Source of the DNA: Paraspadella gotoi
Taxonomy: Eukaryota; Animalia; Chaetognatha
Direction of reading: 5' to 3'
Length of the DNA stretch: 64,000 nt
Assembly (NCBI GenBank): GCA_051294375.1
Contig: CM119271.1
Location: forward strand, 6,356,698 to 6,420,697
Every line of letters begins with the position of its first letter. Position 1 is the first letter of the stretch. The notes under the pieces were generated by a model that had not been told where the DNA came from, searched no databases, and saw nothing but the letters and a program-made list of their open reading frames with translations. Shown here piece by piece: positions 61,769-64,000 of this stretch. The translations under genes and the position numbers were made by a program.

Positions 61769-64000
61769 GCTCTCTTCTCCTCTCTCCTCTCTCTCTCTCT
61801 CTCTCTCTCGACTCGATTTTTCTCTTTGTTATAGTTTTTTCCTCTTCTCTTTCTTTTCTTTTTCTATTTCCTTTTCTTTTTTCTTTTCTTTCTTTCTTTC
61901 TTTTCCTTTTCTTTCTTTCTTTCTTTTTCTTTTCTTTTCTTTTCTTTTCTTTTCTCCTGTTTCGTCTTTTTCATTTTGACTTTCTTTCTATTTCTTTCCC
62001 CTTTTTTTTTTTTTTTTCTTTTTCTTCTTTCTTTTTTCTTTTCTTTTCTCTTTAAAAATCTGCCTCACAAGTTTTTTCCTTTTCTCAGTTTATCATCCAT
62101 GCTTTTTCTTTCACTCAGTCTAGCTTCCCTGCTTGTCTTTTTTTTCTCAATCCCAGCTCCATGCTTTACTCTTCCTTCTTCCCTGTTACCCTTTTTCATT
62201 TCCAGCCAATTCTCCCCCCTTTTTGCTTCCTTCCCCCCATCCCTTCTTCCCTTTCCCCCCCATTGCCCCCCGTTATATTCCATTTCTCGGTTCCTCTATT
62301 TGCTCTCCGAGTATTTGCTTTCCATTCTCTCGATTAACCGTAAATTTAACCGACGTCGTCTTCATATTTTTTCGTTCCCCCGGATGCGTGGTCGTCTCCC
62401 GGATGTGCGTGGTCGTCCCCCGGATGCGAAGTCGTCCCCCGGATTAACTTCGGATGTATTTATATATTTGTTATCGTTTGATTCGCGATTAATGTTTAGA
62501 ATTGTTTACATTGGAGACGTCCGCCTGGCGACTGTCGTTTGTCGATTGTCCTCGGCCGCCAAAGAGAAGACGCTCGGTCCGGTCTCGTCATCCTTGGGTA
62601 AGTTTAACTTTCCTCGTTTTTTATTCGCTGTCGATGAGAAAAAAAAAAGAAAAACAAGAAAAGTTAAATACGACATAATAGGTAAAAGGTAAATCAGTAA
62701 CCAAGCAAGCCAGCATGAAAGAAAGCATTTAAACAAACGGGCAAGCAAGGAAAAAAAAGTTATATAGAGATCATAATTTTCTTCGCTTGCTCCGTCTCTT
62801 CCTTTTCGTCTTCGTCCTAATAGTTGTCCTTCTCTTTGTACTTCTTTTCTTTGTCCTCTTCCTCTTTGTCCTTCTCTTATTTGTCCTCGGATCTGCTTCG
62901 CCAGAGAATTCATCCTTGCGCCATAAATTTCTTCACTTCCAAAACTCGAAAAGGGAATTTTTTTTTTCTGATGATGTCGTCGTCTTCGTCGTCGTTCTTT
63001 AATCGTTTGTCGTCGTTGTTGTCCTTTTCCCTTGTCATCGACCTTGTCATCAACTCATCATAGTTCCCACTCAGTCCCGTGTCATCGCAACTCCGAGGCG
63101 AGTTATCATCGTCGTACTTGTTAAGCTTCTCTTTGTCGTCAACATCGTCACGATCTTTTTTTTTCCCTGCTGACCAGATGGCGTTGATGTTGTTGTTGTT
63201 GTTGTTGTTGTTGTTGTAGAAGGGTCTACAAACTGATACGAACTGACCGAGAGAAACGATGAAGACGACAACAACGACAACGACAACCGAGGTCACGAGA
63301 AGGTCGTCTGAACTGACACCGTTGTCATCATTGTCGTCGTCATCATCGTCATCATCATCATAATTCTCTTTGCAATCCATCACACTCTTCGTAATCGTCG
63401 TCGTCGTCGTAGTCGTTCGACGCCAACGTCGCCCGTCATCGAGAAAAACTAATTAAAGTTCGATTAACAAACGAGGAAAGAATGAAGGGTAAATAAAAGT
63501 GGGAGGGGGGGGACGATGGAGGGTATGGGGCTTAGGGTGAGAGGGTGGGAGGATGGGAGGGTGAGAGGGTGGAAGGGGGTGCACGGTGACACAATTTTTA
63601 TAGACTTCAATTAGAAAATGGCCTTATTTTCCCAGAACGCCCCATTTGATCTCAAATTCTGAATTAGATTAATATTTAAAGATTAGGTTAATGGTTGAGG
63701 TTAGGGATTAAAATTTAGGGTTAGAGGTTAGGGTTAAGGGTTTGGGATTAGGTTAGGGTTAAAGATTAAGATTAGAGAATAGGGTTAAGGATTGGTTTAA
63801 TAGTTTAAAAATATATTTAAATTGAATATGAAGGTTATTGTGTTATTTTCTCTCTTTTGGTTGCGTTGGGATTCAGGGAAAAAAGTTTTTAATTTCAAAC
63901 AACGATTTGTCAAATAAAAATCGGAATTTAAAATTAAAAATTATTTTTCCTAAATATTAAGGTTAAAAATAAATTCTTATAAGGGGCGCTCTCGGTTAAG

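Noticed and set aside
61133-62692. Long Leu/Ser/Phe or Arg/Glu ORFs, also at 53698, 56188, 59070-60360
   Set aside because: Translations of (CT)n/(GA)n and polypyrimidine tracts, which lack stop codons.
63660-63800. True telomere at the window end
   Set aside because: Repeats are short, degenerate and followed by unique sequence; similar tracts occur internally.

Overview
AT-rich eukaryotic (invertebrate animal-like) genomic DNA with short spliceosomal introns, not prokaryotic; the ORF track only shows exon fragments, so genes were assembled by hand through splice sites. The first 45 kb is gene-dense: a TIA-1/TIAR-like RRM gene (-), an Nck-like adaptor with four SH3 domains plus SH2 (+), a small orphan two-TM ORF, a Rab20-like GTPase, CCR4/CNOT6 deadenylase with apparent alternative C-terminal exons, a long CDR2/CDR2L-like gene, an orphan gene resembling an inactive trypsin-fold protein, and V-ATPase subunit c'' (ATP6V0B). 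The last ~19 kb has no recognisable conserved gene and is dominated by GA/CT microsatellites with a few coding-like islands. Introns and intergenic DNA carry several small mobile families: a ~230-bp repeat (about 8 copies), a TIR element with telomere-like TTAGGG repeats (4 copies), tRNA-derived SINE-like elements, a Helentron/HINE-like composite, and degenerate Penelope-type hammerhead ribozyme relics in inverted repeats. No database searches were possible; family calls rest on recalled motifs, and no novel system is proven.
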